DNA of 64,000 nucleotides from contig JBIJDH010000008.1 of NCBI GenBank assembly GCA_044344255.1, positions 192,001 through 256,000 of the forward strand, read 5' to 3'. The DNA is from Myxococcota bacterium (GTDB taxonomy: Bacteria; Myxococcota_A; UBA796; UBA2385). The translations under genes were made by a program, and so were the position numbers. Below are positions 1 through 9,748 of the stretch, in pieces (positions within the stretch are counted from its first letter, which is position 1; each line of letters starts with the position of its first letter). The notes below the pieces were generated by a model, which was not told the DNA's origin, ran no database searches, and worked only from the letters and a program-made list of their open reading frames with translations.

Positions 1-1545
1 CACGGCGCAGACGGTGTCCGCGGCACCTGCCTCACCGGCCTCGTCGCCGCCTTGAAGGAGCACTGGGAGCTGTTCACCGAGGTCGAGCGCGCCGAGATGA
101 CCGCCAAGCTCGCCCCCTTCAAGGCTGACCTCACAGACCCCATCGCCTTCCCCGCCGAGGTCGAGGCCGGTGTCATGGCCCCGCCGTCGGCCCCCTGCTT
201 CGGCTACTATTACGACAATCACCTCGACAGCGAGCACTTCTCCATCACCTGGGAGGACGGCTCGCTCACGGACGCCAAGGCGCAGGACTTCATCGACTCC
301 CTCGAGTTCTCCTGGGAGACCGAGATCGATGACCTCGGCTGGCTTCAGCCCGCCGGCGTGTCGAAAGATCCGATGATGATCATCGTCGAGGCGGGCGGTG
401 GAGCCGGAGCCTACACCACGGTCGACCAGTGCCCGGACGGCAGCTACGTGCCCTATGTCGTGGCGTACGAGGGGAGCTTCTCCGCCGGCAACTGGTACAA
501 GGTGATGGCCTGCCACGAGTTCAATCACGCCAGCCAGTTCTCGTATGGGTACGGTCATGAGTTCTGGTGGTGGGAGGCGACCGCCACCTACATGGAAGAG
601 CAGGTCTACCCGTCGATCAACGACTGGGCGAACATGGCTTGGGGGTACACGAACCACCCCGAGCTGGGTATGAACTCCTTCGACGTCCGCTCGAACAGCG
701 ACGCCCTGTTCTGGCACACCTACGGCATGGTGGTGTGGACGTTCTACCTCGATGAATACGTCGGCGGTCACGACCTCATCCAGGACACCTGGAAGGAGTC
801 ACGCGGCCGCGGGCGGGGCTATGACCTCTGGCTCCCCGACATCATCGAGGACGTGGGCGAAGACTTTGATGAGGTCTACCTCGGCTTCATGGCCGCCACC
901 GCGGTCATGGACTACGACGAGGGCAGCTTCATGCCCGACCTTCGTCGAACCGAGATCGACGAGCTGCCGATCGAAGACAAAGAGCCGCCCGACGCCACGA
1001 AGCCCCAGAGCCTCGGCCAGAACTACATCCGCTTCGACCGCGACCTCGGCGAAGAGGGCGACACCCTGAAGGTCACCCTCGACGGCAACAACGACGCCGA
1101 CTGGTACGCCATCCTCGTGCGCGGCAACACCTCCGTCGACGAGGTGGTGCAGTTCGAGCTCGACGCCGACGGCATGGGGACCGCGACCATCGCCTTCGAC
1201 GGCTCGAAGGACATCACCCTCGTCGTCTCACCCAAGAACGAGGACGACCAGGGGTACGCCCACCGCTGGGACACCGACGAGGGCTACAACTACTTCTACA
1301 GCGCCGAGGTCGTGCCCGCCGAGAGCGGCTCGGACGGCGGAGACGGCTCCGACGGGTCCGGGAGCTCCGACACCGGCCCCTCCACGGACGACGATGAGGG
1401 CGGCGGCGGCAAGGGCGGCGGAAAGGGCGGCGGAAAGGGCGGCTGCTCGACCGCGCCCGCCGAGGGTGGGCTCGGCGTGCTCCTCTCCGGCCTCTCCGGG
1501 CTCCTCTTGCTCGGCCTCCGCCGCCGTGGGTCCGTCCACCGCTAG
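1..1545 (+). CDS. Secreted/surface Zn-metallopeptidase-like protein with MYXO-CTERM-like C-terminal anchor (5' end outside window)
   Basis: Frame is open from base 1. HEXXH motif (HEFNH) followed by WWWEATA. Gly/Ser/Asp linker, then GGCSTAP...LLLLGLRRR (Cys + TM helix + Arg cluster). Confidence 0.75.
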   Translation, partial: HGADGVRGTCLTGLVAALKEHWELFTEVERAEMTAKLAPFKADLTDPIAFPAEVEAGVMAPPSAPCFGYYYDNHLDSEHFSITWEDGSLTDAKAQDFIDSLEFSWETEIDDLGWLQPAGVSKDPMMIIVEAGGGAGAYTTVDQCPDGSYVPYVVAYEGSFSAGNWYKVMACHEFNHASQFSYGYGHEFWWWEATATYMEEQVYPSINDWANMAWGYTNHPELGMNSFDVRSNSDALFWHTYGMVVWTFYLDEYVGGHDLIQDTWKESRGRGRGYDLWLPDIIEDVGEDFDEVYLGFMAATAVMDYDEGSFMPDLRRTEIDELPIEDKEPPDATKPQSLGQNYIRFDRDLGEEGDTLKVTLDGNNDADWYAILVRGNTSVDEVVQFELDADGMGTATIAFDGSKDITLVVSPKNEDDQGYAHRWDTDEGYNYFYSAEVVPAESGSDGGDGSDGSGSSDTGPSTDDDEGGGGKGGGKGGGKGGCSTAPAEGGLGVLLSGLSGLLLLGLRRRGSVHR

Positions 1546-1643
1546 CCCCCCCTTGGCCCCCCCGAAGGCGTGCCTAAGACCCTCCGCCGCGCGGGAAGAC
1601 CCAGCGGCGGGACGGTCGGCCCCATCCGGCTCGGGAGGTGCGT

Positions 1644-2294
1644 ATGAGCAAGAAGGTCGGTGTCATCGGATCGGGCGTGGTGGGGCAGGTGTTGGCCGCC
1701 GGCTTTCGGAAGCACGGCTACGACGTGATGATCGGCAGCCGACACCCGGCGGCCCTCCAGGCTTGGCAGGGCGCCGCCGGTGAGGGGGTCGCCCTCGGCC
1801 TCACCGCAGAGACCGCGGCCTTCGCGGACATCGTCGTGCTCGCTGTGAACGGTCGGGCGGCCGAGGAGGCGATCGCCATCGCGGGGATCGACAACCTCGC
1901 CGGCAAGATCGTCATCGACGCCACGAACCCCATCGAGGCCGCCCCCCCGGTCAAGGGGATCCTCCAGTTCTTCACCGGCCCGAACGACTCGCTGATGGAG
2001 CGCCTCCAGAAGCAGGCGCCGGCCGCGCGCTTCGTCAAGGCGTGGAGCTCAGTCGGAAACGCCTTCATGGTCAACCCCGCCTTCGCGGGAGGGCCGCCGA
2101 CGATGTTCATCTGCGGGGACGACGACGCCGCGAAGACCGAGGTGACCGCCATCCTCGACCAGTTTGGCTGGGAGGCCGAGGACATCGGGGCGGTCGAGGG
2201 GGCGCGCGCCATCGAGCCCCTGTGCCAGCTCTGGTGTGCACCGGGCCTCCAGCGCGGGCAGTGGACCCACGCCTTCAAGCTCTTGAAGCGCTGA
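1644..2294 (+). CDS. NADPH-dependent F420 reductase-like / NAD(P)-binding oxidoreductase
   Basis: N-terminal Rossmann motif GVIGSGVVG, VIDATNP, VKAW, CGDD. GGAGG at 1634-1638 before ATG 1644. Confidence 0.85.
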   Translation: MSKKVGVIGSGVVGQVLAAGFRKHGYDVMIGSRHPAALQAWQGAAGEGVALGLTAETAAFADIVVLAVNGRAAEEAIAIAGIDNLAGKIVIDATNPIEAAPPVKGILQFFTGPNDSLMERLQKQAPAARFVKAWSSVGNAFMVNPAFAGGPPTMFICGDDDAAKTEVTAILDQFGWEAEDIGAVEGARAIEPLCQLWCAPGLQRGQWTHAFKLLKR

Positions 2295-2305
2295 GGCGAG
2301 GCCCC

Positions 2306-2374
2306 TTCTTCACGGGTTCCTCACGGGTTCTTCACGGGTCTTTCAATGGGAGAGATCGGTGGGGGAGATCGGTG
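2306..2374. repeat. Intergenic direct repeats: 11-nt TTC(T/C)TCACGGG x3 (+1 degenerate), then GAGATCGGTG x2
   Basis: Units at 2306, 2317, 2328 (degenerate at 2339). GAGATCGGTG at 2352 and 2365. Confidence 0.85.
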
Positions 2375-2405
2375 ACCCGACGAGGGTCTCCAGCGCCCGG
2401 ATGAT

Positions 2406-2433
2406 CTTGACGATGCCGGGCGCCGCGCCTACC
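2406..2433 (+). promoter_or_regulatory. Possible heat-shock (RpoH-like) promoter for htpG
   Basis: CTTGAC-N16-CCTACC about 85 nt upstream of htpG. Resemblance to the consensus only. Confidence 0.3.
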
Positions 2434-2516
2434 CCTCTGCGCCACCTGTTCGGAGGCCCCTGGGGCCGCGGCGCCCTCGCCCGCTCGGCCTTGGCCTCCC
2501 CGCATCGGAGAATGTC

Positions 2517-4361
2517 ATGCAGTCGCATCGTTTTGAGGCGGACGTCCGCCAGATCCTGCACCTCGTCACCCACTCGCTCTACTCTGACCGCGAGATCTTT
2601 ATCCGCGAGCTGGTGAGCAACGCGAGCGACGCCCTCGACCGCGGGCGCTTCGAGAGCCTCAAGCGAGAGGACGCGCGTCCCGCCGCCGACGAGCCGGGCA
2701 TCCACATCACCGTGGACGCCGCCGAGCGGACGGTCACCATCTCCGACGACGGCGTCGGCATGACCCACGACGAGGTGGTGGAGCACCTCGGCACCATCGC
2801 CAAGTCCGGCACCAAGGCCTTCACCGAGCGCCTCAAGGCGGCCGGAGAGGCCGGCGGCGCGGAGAACCTGATCGGTCAGTTCGGCGTCGGCTTCTACTCG
2901 GCCTTCATGGTCTCCGACAAGGTCGTGGTCGACACGCTCTCGATCGACCCCGCCGCCACCGCGGTGCGCTGGGAGTCAGACGGCGGCGAGGGCTACTCGA
3001 TGGCCGCCGGCGAGCGCAGCACCCGCGGCACCACCGTCACCCTGCACCTCCGCGAAGACACCGCTGACTTCGCCGACCCCGACAAGCTCCGCGGCATCAT
3101 CGCCAAGCACTCTGACTTCGTCTCCTGGCCCGTGAGCGTCGAGGGGGAGCGCGCCAACCAAGAGGCGGCGCTGTGGACCCGCAACCCCTCGGAGATCAAG
3201 GACGAGGAGTACAGCGCCTTCTACAAGCACATCTCCAATGACTGGGCCGAGCCCCTGCTCCGCGCCCACCTCCGCATCGAGGGCAGCCTCCAGTACCAGG
3301 CCCTGCTCTTCGTCCCGGCCAGCCGCCCCTGGGAGCTCGACCGCCTCGACTACAAGGTCGGGCTGAAGCTCTATCAGAAGCGGGTGAAGATCCTCGACTC
3401 CGCCGAGTCGCTGCTCCCCCGCTACCTCCGCTTCGTCACCGGCCTCGTGGACTCCCCCGACGTCGACCTCAACGTCTCCCGCGAGATCCTCCAGCAGACG
3501 CCCGTGGTGCTGACGATCAAGAAGCAGCTCACCAAGCGCTTGCTCAAGCGCTTCCGCGACGTGGCCACCACCGAGCCCGAGACCTGGAACAAGTTCTGGA
3601 GCGAGTACGGCCACATCGTCAAGGAAGGTATCCACGAGGACCAGGACGACAACAAGGACCTCCTCACCGGGCTGCTCCGCTACAAGACGACCAAGTCCGC
3701 CGGGGAGTGGAGGAGCCTCGCCCAGGTCAAGGCCGACCTCCCCGACGGCGACAACACGATCTGGTACTTCACGAGCGTCGACAAGGAGCGCATCGGCCAG
3801 GCGCCCGTCCTCGAGGGCTTCCGGAAGCGGGGCATCGAGGTGCTGCTCATGGACGACCCCGTCGATGAGTGGGTGGTGATGAACGTGCGCGAGCACGACG
3901 GCGCCACGCTCAAGAGCGCGATGACCGGTGAGCTCCCGCCGGCCAAGGACGCCGAGGAGGATCCCATCGCCCAGGCGGCCCGGGATCAGGCCACCCCGCT
4001 CGTCACCTGGATGGGCGAGATGCTGGCCGGAGACGTCGCCGAGGTGCGCATCAGCACCCGCCTCACCGAGTCGCCGAGCGTGCTCGTGGACAAGGAGGGC
4101 GGCATGGGCGCCAACCTCGAGCGCATCCTAAAGGCCGCGAACCAGAGCGTCCCCGGCAGCAAGCGCGTGCTCGAGGTCAACCCCGAGCACCCGATGGTCA
4201 AGACGCTGGCCCGCCTCAACAACGAGGGCAAGACCGGCCTCGAGCCCTTCGCCCGCCTCCTGCTCGACCATGCCGCGATCGCCGAGGGCCGCCTCGAAGA
4301 TCCGGAGGGCTTCGCCAAGCGCCTCCAGGCCCTGATGGAGCGGGCCGCCTCGGCGCTGTAG
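2517..4361 (+). CDS. htpG: Molecular chaperone HtpG (Hsp90)
   Basis: HSLYSDREIFIRELVSNASDA, DDGVGMT, LGTIAKSGT, IGQFGVGFYSAF, DSPDVDLNVSREILQ, LEVNPEHP. Confidence 0.97.
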   Translation: MQSHRFEADVRQILHLVTHSLYSDREIFIRELVSNASDALDRGRFESLKREDARPAADEPGIHITVDAAERTVTISDDGVGMTHDEVVEHLGTIAKSGTKAFTERLKAAGEAGGAENLIGQFGVGFYSAFMVSDKVVVDTLSIDPAATAVRWESDGGEGYSMAAGERSTRGTTVTLHLREDTADFADPDKLRGIIAKHSDFVSWPVSVEGERANQEAALWTRNPSEIKDEEYSAFYKHISNDWAEPLLRAHLRIEGSLQYQALLFVPASRPWELDRLDYKVGLKLYQKRVKILDSAESLLPRYLRFVTGLVDSPDVDLNVSREILQQTPVVLTIKKQLTKRLLKRFRDVATTEPETWNKFWSEYGHIVKEGIHEDQDDNKDLLTGLLRYKTTKSAGEWRSLAQVKADLPDGDNTIWYFTSVDKERIGQAPVLEGFRKRGIEVLLMDDPVDEWVVMNVREHDGATLKSAMTGELPPAKDAEEDPIAQAARDQATPLVTWMGEMLAGDVAEVRISTRLTESPSVLVDKEGGMGANLERILKAANQSVPGSKRVLEVNPEHPMVKTLARLNNEGKTGLEPFARLLLDHAAIAEGRLEDPEGFAKRLQALMERAASAL

Positions 4362-4542
4362 GGTCGAGAAGGCGCCTCAGAGGTGGATCTGTTGGGGGTG
4401 ATCTCCGACAGTCCTTCGCCGCTGGGGTGCCTTTACGGGACTTTGACAGCGACTCGGAACACCCCTCTCCGGCTCCTCCCGTGGTAATGTCCCCGCCGTT
4501 CGAAGCGCTGGGGCAGCCACGAAAAGCGAAGGAGAGGAACGG

Positions 4543-6714
4543 ATGGGTTCGGTTCGAAATTGGTGGCTCGCGGCCACCACTCTCGCCGGGGCGGTCATCG
4601 CCGGTTCCGTGGCTCACGAGGCCGCAGCGGCGTGGCCCGACGGCTACCCCGGTCGTGTTGCAGCAGTCGACGCGATTCGCCACGACATGGCCATGCCGGG
4701 GATCATCTACGACCCCCAGGACATCAAGGCACGCTACGAGGATGCCTGCAAAAAGAAGTCCTCCTCCGCCTGTAACTGGACAAAGTGGCAAGGCGCGAAC
4801 GGCGGAGACCTCAAGCTCGCCCGCGAACATTACGCGGGCAAGTGCCCCTCCGATCCGCTCGCTTGCGTGGTCCTCGGCTACACCGAGTCTCGAGACGACA
4901 AGGGGAACCTCGTCTTCGACAATCCGGCGAAGGGCGCGAAGGCCCTCGACTACTTCACCAAGGCCTGCAAAGAGAAGGCCTACGCCCCCGGCTGCACCGG
5001 TGAGGGCGAGCTCTACCTGAACGGCATCGGCACCGACGTCGATCTCGAGCGCGCCCGCAAGCTGGTCGATGAGGGCTGCAAGGCCGAGGACCCCTGGGGC
5101 TGCTACCTCCTCGGCACGATGTACGAGAACGGGCAGGGCGGCCCCGCCGACTTCGGCAAGGCCGCCGAGCTCTACAAGAGCGCCTGCAGCTCAAAGATCC
5201 CGCACGCCTGCGTGCAGCTCGGCACGCTCACCGAGGACGGCCGCGCCGGCACGCGCAACCCCGAGGCCGCCGCCAAGGTCTACGGCGAGGCCTGCGAGGG
5301 CAAGTTCACGGGCGGCTGCTACCAGCTCGGCCGGCTCTATGCCGAGGGTCGAGTCGTACAGCGCTCCCCGTCGATCGCGCTCGGGATGTACAAGACCGCC
5401 TGTGACGGCGGCGACTTCCTCGGCTGCTACGGCCTCGCCACCTTCTACGAGTCCGGCGAAGCCGGCGAGGGTGACATCAAAGACGCCGCCAAGATCTACG
5501 ACGAGGCCTGCTCCAAGGGCTACGCCAAGGCCTGCACGCGCACCGGCGAGATGTACATCAAGGGCCGCGGCCTCAACAAGGACGTGGAGATGGGCGTCAA
5601 GCTCATCCAGAAGGGCTGCAGCGGGGCCGATCCGGGGGGCTGCGACACGCTCGGCGCCCTGTACGAGAACGGCAACGGCCTCGACATGAACCTGACCAAG
5701 GCCGCCGAGCTCTACAAGATGGCTTGTGAGCGGGGCGAAGGAAAGGGATGTTACCACCTTGGCAACCTCTACGAGGTCGGCAAGGGCGTGAGCCAGAGCG
5801 CCACCGAGTCCCAGACCCTCTTCCAGGCCGCCTGCGACAAGGGGCACGGCAAGTCCTGCGGCCGCCTCGCCCGCCGCTACCTCACTGGCGACGGCGTCGA
5901 GAAGAACATGGCCCGCGCGGCCGAGCTCCTCGGCAAGGGCTGCGCCGGCCAGGACGGCGACTCCTGCGGCAAGCTCGCTGGCATGTACCAGAGCGGCAAG
6001 GGCGTGAGCGCGGACCCCGCCAAGGCCCTGCAGCTCTACACCGACGCCTGTGACTTCGACAACGGGCAGGCCTGCTTCGAGCTCGCAGAGATGTACGCCA
6101 AGGGCAGCAACGGCGTCGCGATCGACTTCAAGAAGGCGGCCAAGGGCTACAGCCGCGGCTGCTCCCTCAAGTTCGACAAGGCCTGCGAGGCCGGCAAGTC
6201 GGTGGTCTTCCAGGCCCGCTTCGAGGAGGTGATCGCCGTCGCGTGGGAGTCCAACATCTGCCAGGTCTGGAGCCTCGACCCCGAGGCCCCGGAGAAGACG
6301 AAGCTCGTCGCCACCGTGCGCAAGGAGGCCTTCGAGATCCAGGACGGTCCCCTCGCCGGCAACACGGTCACCCTCGCCCGTGACCCGAACGAGTTCAAGA
6401 CCGACAAGAAGGTGGTCGGCTTCAGCAAGTGGCGCTTCAACAACGGTAAGAAGGACCTCACCTTCCGGCACTATGAGGTCTGGGATCCCGAAGAGGAGCC
6501 CATCGACACCTTCCCCGGCGACATGAGCTACTCCGACGACCGCCTGGGCGACACCAAGCTCCTGCTCTCCCGCGAGGAGGAGACGATCCGGCGCAGCGCC
6601 CCCAACACCAAGTGCTCCTTCGCCGGGGGCTATCCGGTGATCACGGTCGACCACTGCTCCGAGATCCAGGCCCTGGCCGCGGCGCAGCTCGTCACCAGCT
6701 GTAAGGGCGAGTAG
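4543..6714 (+). CDS. Secreted Cys-rich Sel1-like repeat protein (Hcp-like) with a non-repeat C-terminal domain
   Basis: Signal peptide. More than 10 repeats of C..LG..Y..G.G...D...A...Y..AC. GGAGAGG RBS. Confidence 0.9.
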   Translation: MGSVRNWWLAATTLAGAVIAGSVAHEAAAAWPDGYPGRVAAVDAIRHDMAMPGIIYDPQDIKARYEDACKKKSSSACNWTKWQGANGGDLKLAREHYAGKCPSDPLACVVLGYTESRDDKGNLVFDNPAKGAKALDYFTKACKEKAYAPGCTGEGELYLNGIGTDVDLERARKLVDEGCKAEDPWGCYLLGTMYENGQGGPADFGKAAELYKSACSSKIPHACVQLGTLTEDGRAGTRNPEAAAKVYGEACEGKFTGGCYQLGRLYAEGRVVQRSPSIALGMYKTACDGGDFLGCYGLATFYESGEAGEGDIKDAAKIYDEACSKGYAKACTRTGEMYIKGRGLNKDVEMGVKLIQKGCSGADPGGCDTLGALYENGNGLDMNLTKAAELYKMACERGEGKGCYHLGNLYEVGKGVSQSATESQTLFQAACDKGHGKSCGRLARRYLTGDGVEKNMARAAELLGKGCAGQDGDSCGKLAGMYQSGKGVSADPAKALQLYTDACDFDNGQACFELAEMYAKGSNGVAIDFKKAAKGYSRGCSLKFDKACEAGKSVVFQARFEEVIAVAWESNICQVWSLDPEAPEKTKLVATVRKEAFEIQDGPLAGNTVTLARDPNEFKTDKKVVGFSKWRFNNGKKDLTFRHYEVWDPEEEPIDTFPGDMSYSDDRLGDTKLLLSREEETIRRSAPNTKCSFAGGYPVITVDHCSEIQALAAAQLVTSCKGE

Positions 6715-6717
6715 GCC

Positions 6718-8856
6718 ATGCTCATCGCCCTCTCGCTGCTCGGCCTCGCCCGGGCGGGGGAGGGCATGTGGCTCCCCGAGCAGGTGCCCTCCCTCGCGGC
6801 GGAGCTCCGAGCCGCGGGCTTCACGGTGCCGCCGAGCGTGCTCGCGGACCCCAACGGGCCCCTGCTCGGCGCCATCCTCTCGACCGGCGGCTGCACGGCC
6901 TCCTTCGTCTCCGCCGACGGGCTCGTGATCACGAACCACCACTGTGTGGCCGAGTACACACAGTACGCGAGCGACGCCGGGCACGACCTCGCCCACGACG
7001 GCTACCTCGCCCCAGACCGAGCGGGGGAGCGCTCTGGGGGCCCCTCGGCGCGGCTCTACATCGTCGAGGCGATGACCGACGTCTCCGCCACCGTGCTGAA
7101 GGGCGTCCGGGCCAAGACGCCCGACCTCGAGCGACGCGATCGGGTGGACAAGGCCAGGAAGCGGCTGGTGGCCTCCTGCGAGGAGGGTGGGTCCCTCCGC
7201 TGCGCCGTGGTCGGCTTCTACGGCGGCGGCACCTTTCGCCTGATCCGCAGCCGAGAGCTGCGCGACGTGCGCCTCGTCTACGCGCCGGCGGAGTCCGTGG
7301 GCTCCTACGGCGGCGAGATCGACAATTGGATGTGGCCTCGCCACGCCGGCGACTTCGCGTTGCTGCGGGCGTACGTCGGCCCCGACGGACGGCCGGCCGC
7401 GCCGGCGAAGGAGAACGTCCCCTACCGTCCGCCGGCCCACCTCCAGATCGACCCCACCGGCGCTCAAGAGGGCGAGCCGGTCTTCTGCCTCGGCTACCCC
7501 GGGCGCACCAACCGCTACGGCAGCGCCGCCGCCCTCCGCTTCGAGCGCGACGTCGTGGTCCCGCGGGAGCTCCGCCAGTCCACGGACTGGCTCGCCATCC
7601 TCCACGAGGAGAGCGCGCGGAGCACCGAGGCCGCCGCCCGCCTCGCCGCGCCGATCGACTGGATCGGCAACGCCGACAAGAACAACCGCGGCCTCATCGA
7701 CGGCCTGCGCCGGGGCGGCGTCCTCGAGGCCAAGGAGGAGCGAGAGCGCCGCCTCGCCGCCTGGCTGGCCGCCGACCCTCGCCGCGCGGCCACCTACGGC
7801 TCGGCCGTGCGCGAGCTGGGCGAGGTGGAGGCCGCAGCCCGCTCCGACACGCTGGTCAACTCCTCGATCCGCTCGATCGTGCGCAGCTCGGACCTGGCCA
7901 GCACCGCCTATGAGGCCTGGCGCTTCGCCACCGAGCGGGAGAAGCCCGACCTCGAGCGCGCCCGCGGCTTTCAGGATCGCGATCTGGCCGACGCCCTCGA
8001 CGCCTCCGCCCAGCTCGAGCACACGCTCTGGCTCCCCGCGGAGCGCCGCCTGCTCGAGCACGGCCTGCGCGCCGCCGAGGCCGCCCCTGAGCCCGCCCGC
8101 CTCGTGCCCCTGCATGAGTGGCTGCGACGGATGGGCGGCGTCGACGCCGCGCTGGCAGCCCTTTACACCGATCCCCCCCTCCGCTCGTCCGAGGCGCGGG
8201 CCGCCCTGTTCAAGGCCAGCAAGAAGGAGCTCATCGCCTCGAAGGACCCCTGGGTCCAGCTCGCCATCGCCCTCGACCGCGACGCCGCCCCGCGCCGCGA
8301 GCAGGACAAGGTCCGCGAGGGCGCCCTCCTCCGCCTGCGACCGGTCGTGCTCGAGGCCCTGCAGGCCGCGGCCCCGGGGCTCGTCTACCCCGACGCCAAC
8401 AGCACCCTCCGCCTCTCCTTCGGGCGCGTGGAGGGCATGAGCCCGCGAGACGGGATGTGGTACCGCCCCCACACCACCGTCCAGGGCATGGCCGTCCGCG
8501 CCGGAGAGGCCCCCTTCAACGCCCCCGCGGCCCTGCTCGCGGCCGCCCCCACGGCGCCCGCGAGCCGCTGGGCCGACCCCCTGCTGAAGGACGTGGTGGT
8601 CGACTTCCTCAGCACCCTCGACACCACCGGCGGCAACTCCGGCTCCCCCACCCTCAACGCCGAGGGCAAGCTCGTCGGCCTCGTCTTTGACGGGAATTAC
8701 GAGGCCATCACCGCCGACGAGGTCTTCGAGGACCCGCTGACCCGCAGCATCCACGTCGACGTCCGCTACCTCCTCTGGACCCTCGACCAGGAGCCGCGCG
8801 CCGCCTGGATCCTGGACGAGCTCGGCCTCGCAGCCCCGGCGCGGCCCACCCCGTAG
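6718..8856 (+). CDS. S46 family dipeptidyl peptidase (DPP7-like)
   Basis: EGMWLP, GGCTASFVS, TNHHC, DNWMWPRHAGDF, catalytic TTGGNSGSP. FDGNYE has Gly at the S1 specificity position. Confidence 0.93.
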   Translation: MLIALSLLGLARAGEGMWLPEQVPSLAAELRAAGFTVPPSVLADPNGPLLGAILSTGGCTASFVSADGLVITNHHCVAEYTQYASDAGHDLAHDGYLAPDRAGERSGGPSARLYIVEAMTDVSATVLKGVRAKTPDLERRDRVDKARKRLVASCEEGGSLRCAVVGFYGGGTFRLIRSRELRDVRLVYAPAESVGSYGGEIDNWMWPRHAGDFALLRAYVGPDGRPAAPAKENVPYRPPAHLQIDPTGAQEGEPVFCLGYPGRTNRYGSAAALRFERDVVVPRELRQSTDWLAILHEESARSTEAAARLAAPIDWIGNADKNNRGLIDGLRRGGVLEAKEERERRLAAWLAADPRRAATYGSAVRELGEVEAAARSDTLVNSSIRSIVRSSDLASTAYEAWRFATEREKPDLERARGFQDRDLADALDASAQLEHTLWLPAERRLLEHGLRAAEAAPEPARLVPLHEWLRRMGGVDAALAALYTDPPLRSSEARAALFKASKKELIASKDPWVQLAIALDRDAAPRREQDKVREGALLRLRPVVLEALQAAAPGLVYPDANSTLRLSFGRVEGMSPRDGMWYRPHTTVQGMAVRAGEAPFNAPAALLAAAPTAPASRWADPLLKDVVVDFLSTLDTTGGNSGSPTLNAEGKLVGLVFDGNYEAITADEVFEDPLTRSIHVDVRYLLWTLDQEPRAAWILDELGLAAPARPTP

Positions 8857-8880
8857 CCATCGCCGTCGCCGTCGCCGTGC

Positions 8881-9576
8881 TCAGAAGGCGACCCCGACGG
8901 CCTCACAGAGGAAGGCCATCCAGGGGGCGCCACGGCCGTAGAGGTCCGCGCAGCGCTCGAGCAGGCCGGGGCCGACCACCTCTGCGTCGGTCAGCTTGAA
9001 CATCGCGGCGTGGCTCTTGCGCTTGAGGTCAGCGGCGTGAGGGTGATCGGCCGGGTAGCCAGCGGGCACCCGCTTGAGATCGCCATCGCCTTGGTAGAGG
9101 CTGAAACCATCACCCAGCAGCCCGTCCCGGAGCTCCCCCCAGCGCGCGGGCTCAGCGACGATGTGATCGCGGACCCCGCGCAGGCCCGCGGGCTCGGCCA
9201 TCCAGACGCCCATGCCCAGCATCGAGGCGCCGGGCTCGATGTGCAGGTAGAAGCCGGGGGCGTGGGCGTCCCCGCCCGTCTCGTGGCGGAAGTGGATGCC
9301 CACGTGGCTCTTGTAGGGCCGCTTGTCGTGGCCGAAGCGGGTGTCCCGGTAGATACGGAACAGGCTCCCGCCCTGGGCCTTAGCGATGGCCTCGAAGTGA
9401 GGCGAGATCGCGCGGAGGTGAGGCTCAAAGTCGGCGATGAAGCGCAGCGCCGGCTCCTTCAACAGGCCCTCGTAGCGGAGCTTGTTGGCGTTGAACCAGT
9501 CGCGTTCGTTGTGCTCGGCGAGCTCGGAGAGGTAGCTGAGCAGGAGCGGCGAGAAGGAGAGGGCGGTGGTCGACAT
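8881..9576 (-). CDS. DUF2461 / TIGR02453 family protein
   Basis: HNERDWFNANK, FRIYRDTRFGHDKRPYK, GFYLHIEP, LKRVPAGY...HP..LKRK. Confidence 0.9.
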   Translation of the reverse strand: MSTTALSFSPLLLSYLSELAEHNERDWFNANKLRYEGLLKEPALRFIADFEPHLRAISPHFEAIAKAQGGSLFRIYRDTRFGHDKRPYKSHVGIHFRHETGGDAHAPGFYLHIEPGASMLGMGVWMAEPAGLRGVRDHIVAEPARWGELRDGLLGDGFSLYQGDGDLKRVPAGYPADHPHAADLKRKSHAAMFKLTDAEVVGPGLLERCADLYGRGAPWMAFLCEAVGVAF

Positions 9577-9699
9577 GGGGCTCCCGGGTGCGGGAGCGTA
9601 GCGTGGCGTGAACTGCGTCGGTGGGGGGCAGAACCGGAAGGAACATGCCGGAGACCAACGAATTCGTTACCCCTTGGCGGCAGCGGAGCCTATCACCGC

Positions 9700-9739
9700 A
9701 CGCCCCGACGCCCCGACGCCCCGACGCCCCGACGCCCCG
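9700..9739. repeat. Perfect 8-nt tandem repeat (ACGCCCCG)x5
   Basis: Five exact copies ending 9 nt before ATG 9749. Confidence 0.95.
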
Positions 9740-9748
9740 GCAGAGGCA

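Noticed and set aside
2306..2374. Short repeats (also 20247, 47222) as CRISPR arrays
   Set aside because: Units are 8-15 nt and contiguous, with no unique spacers and no cas genes.
4443..4490. TTGACA plus TAATGT as a sigma-70 promoter for the Sel1 gene
   Set aside because: The spacing is 36 nt, far from 17. At most an extended -10 (TGGTAATGT), too weak to call.
5191..8754. 1187-aa minus-strand ORF (likewise 14378-18457 +, 23639-26239 -, 38177-41179 -, 44764-47298 -, 61005-63872 -)
   Set aside because: Antisense shadows of well-supported genes. High GC3 codon bias removes stops on the opposite strand, and the products have no motifs.
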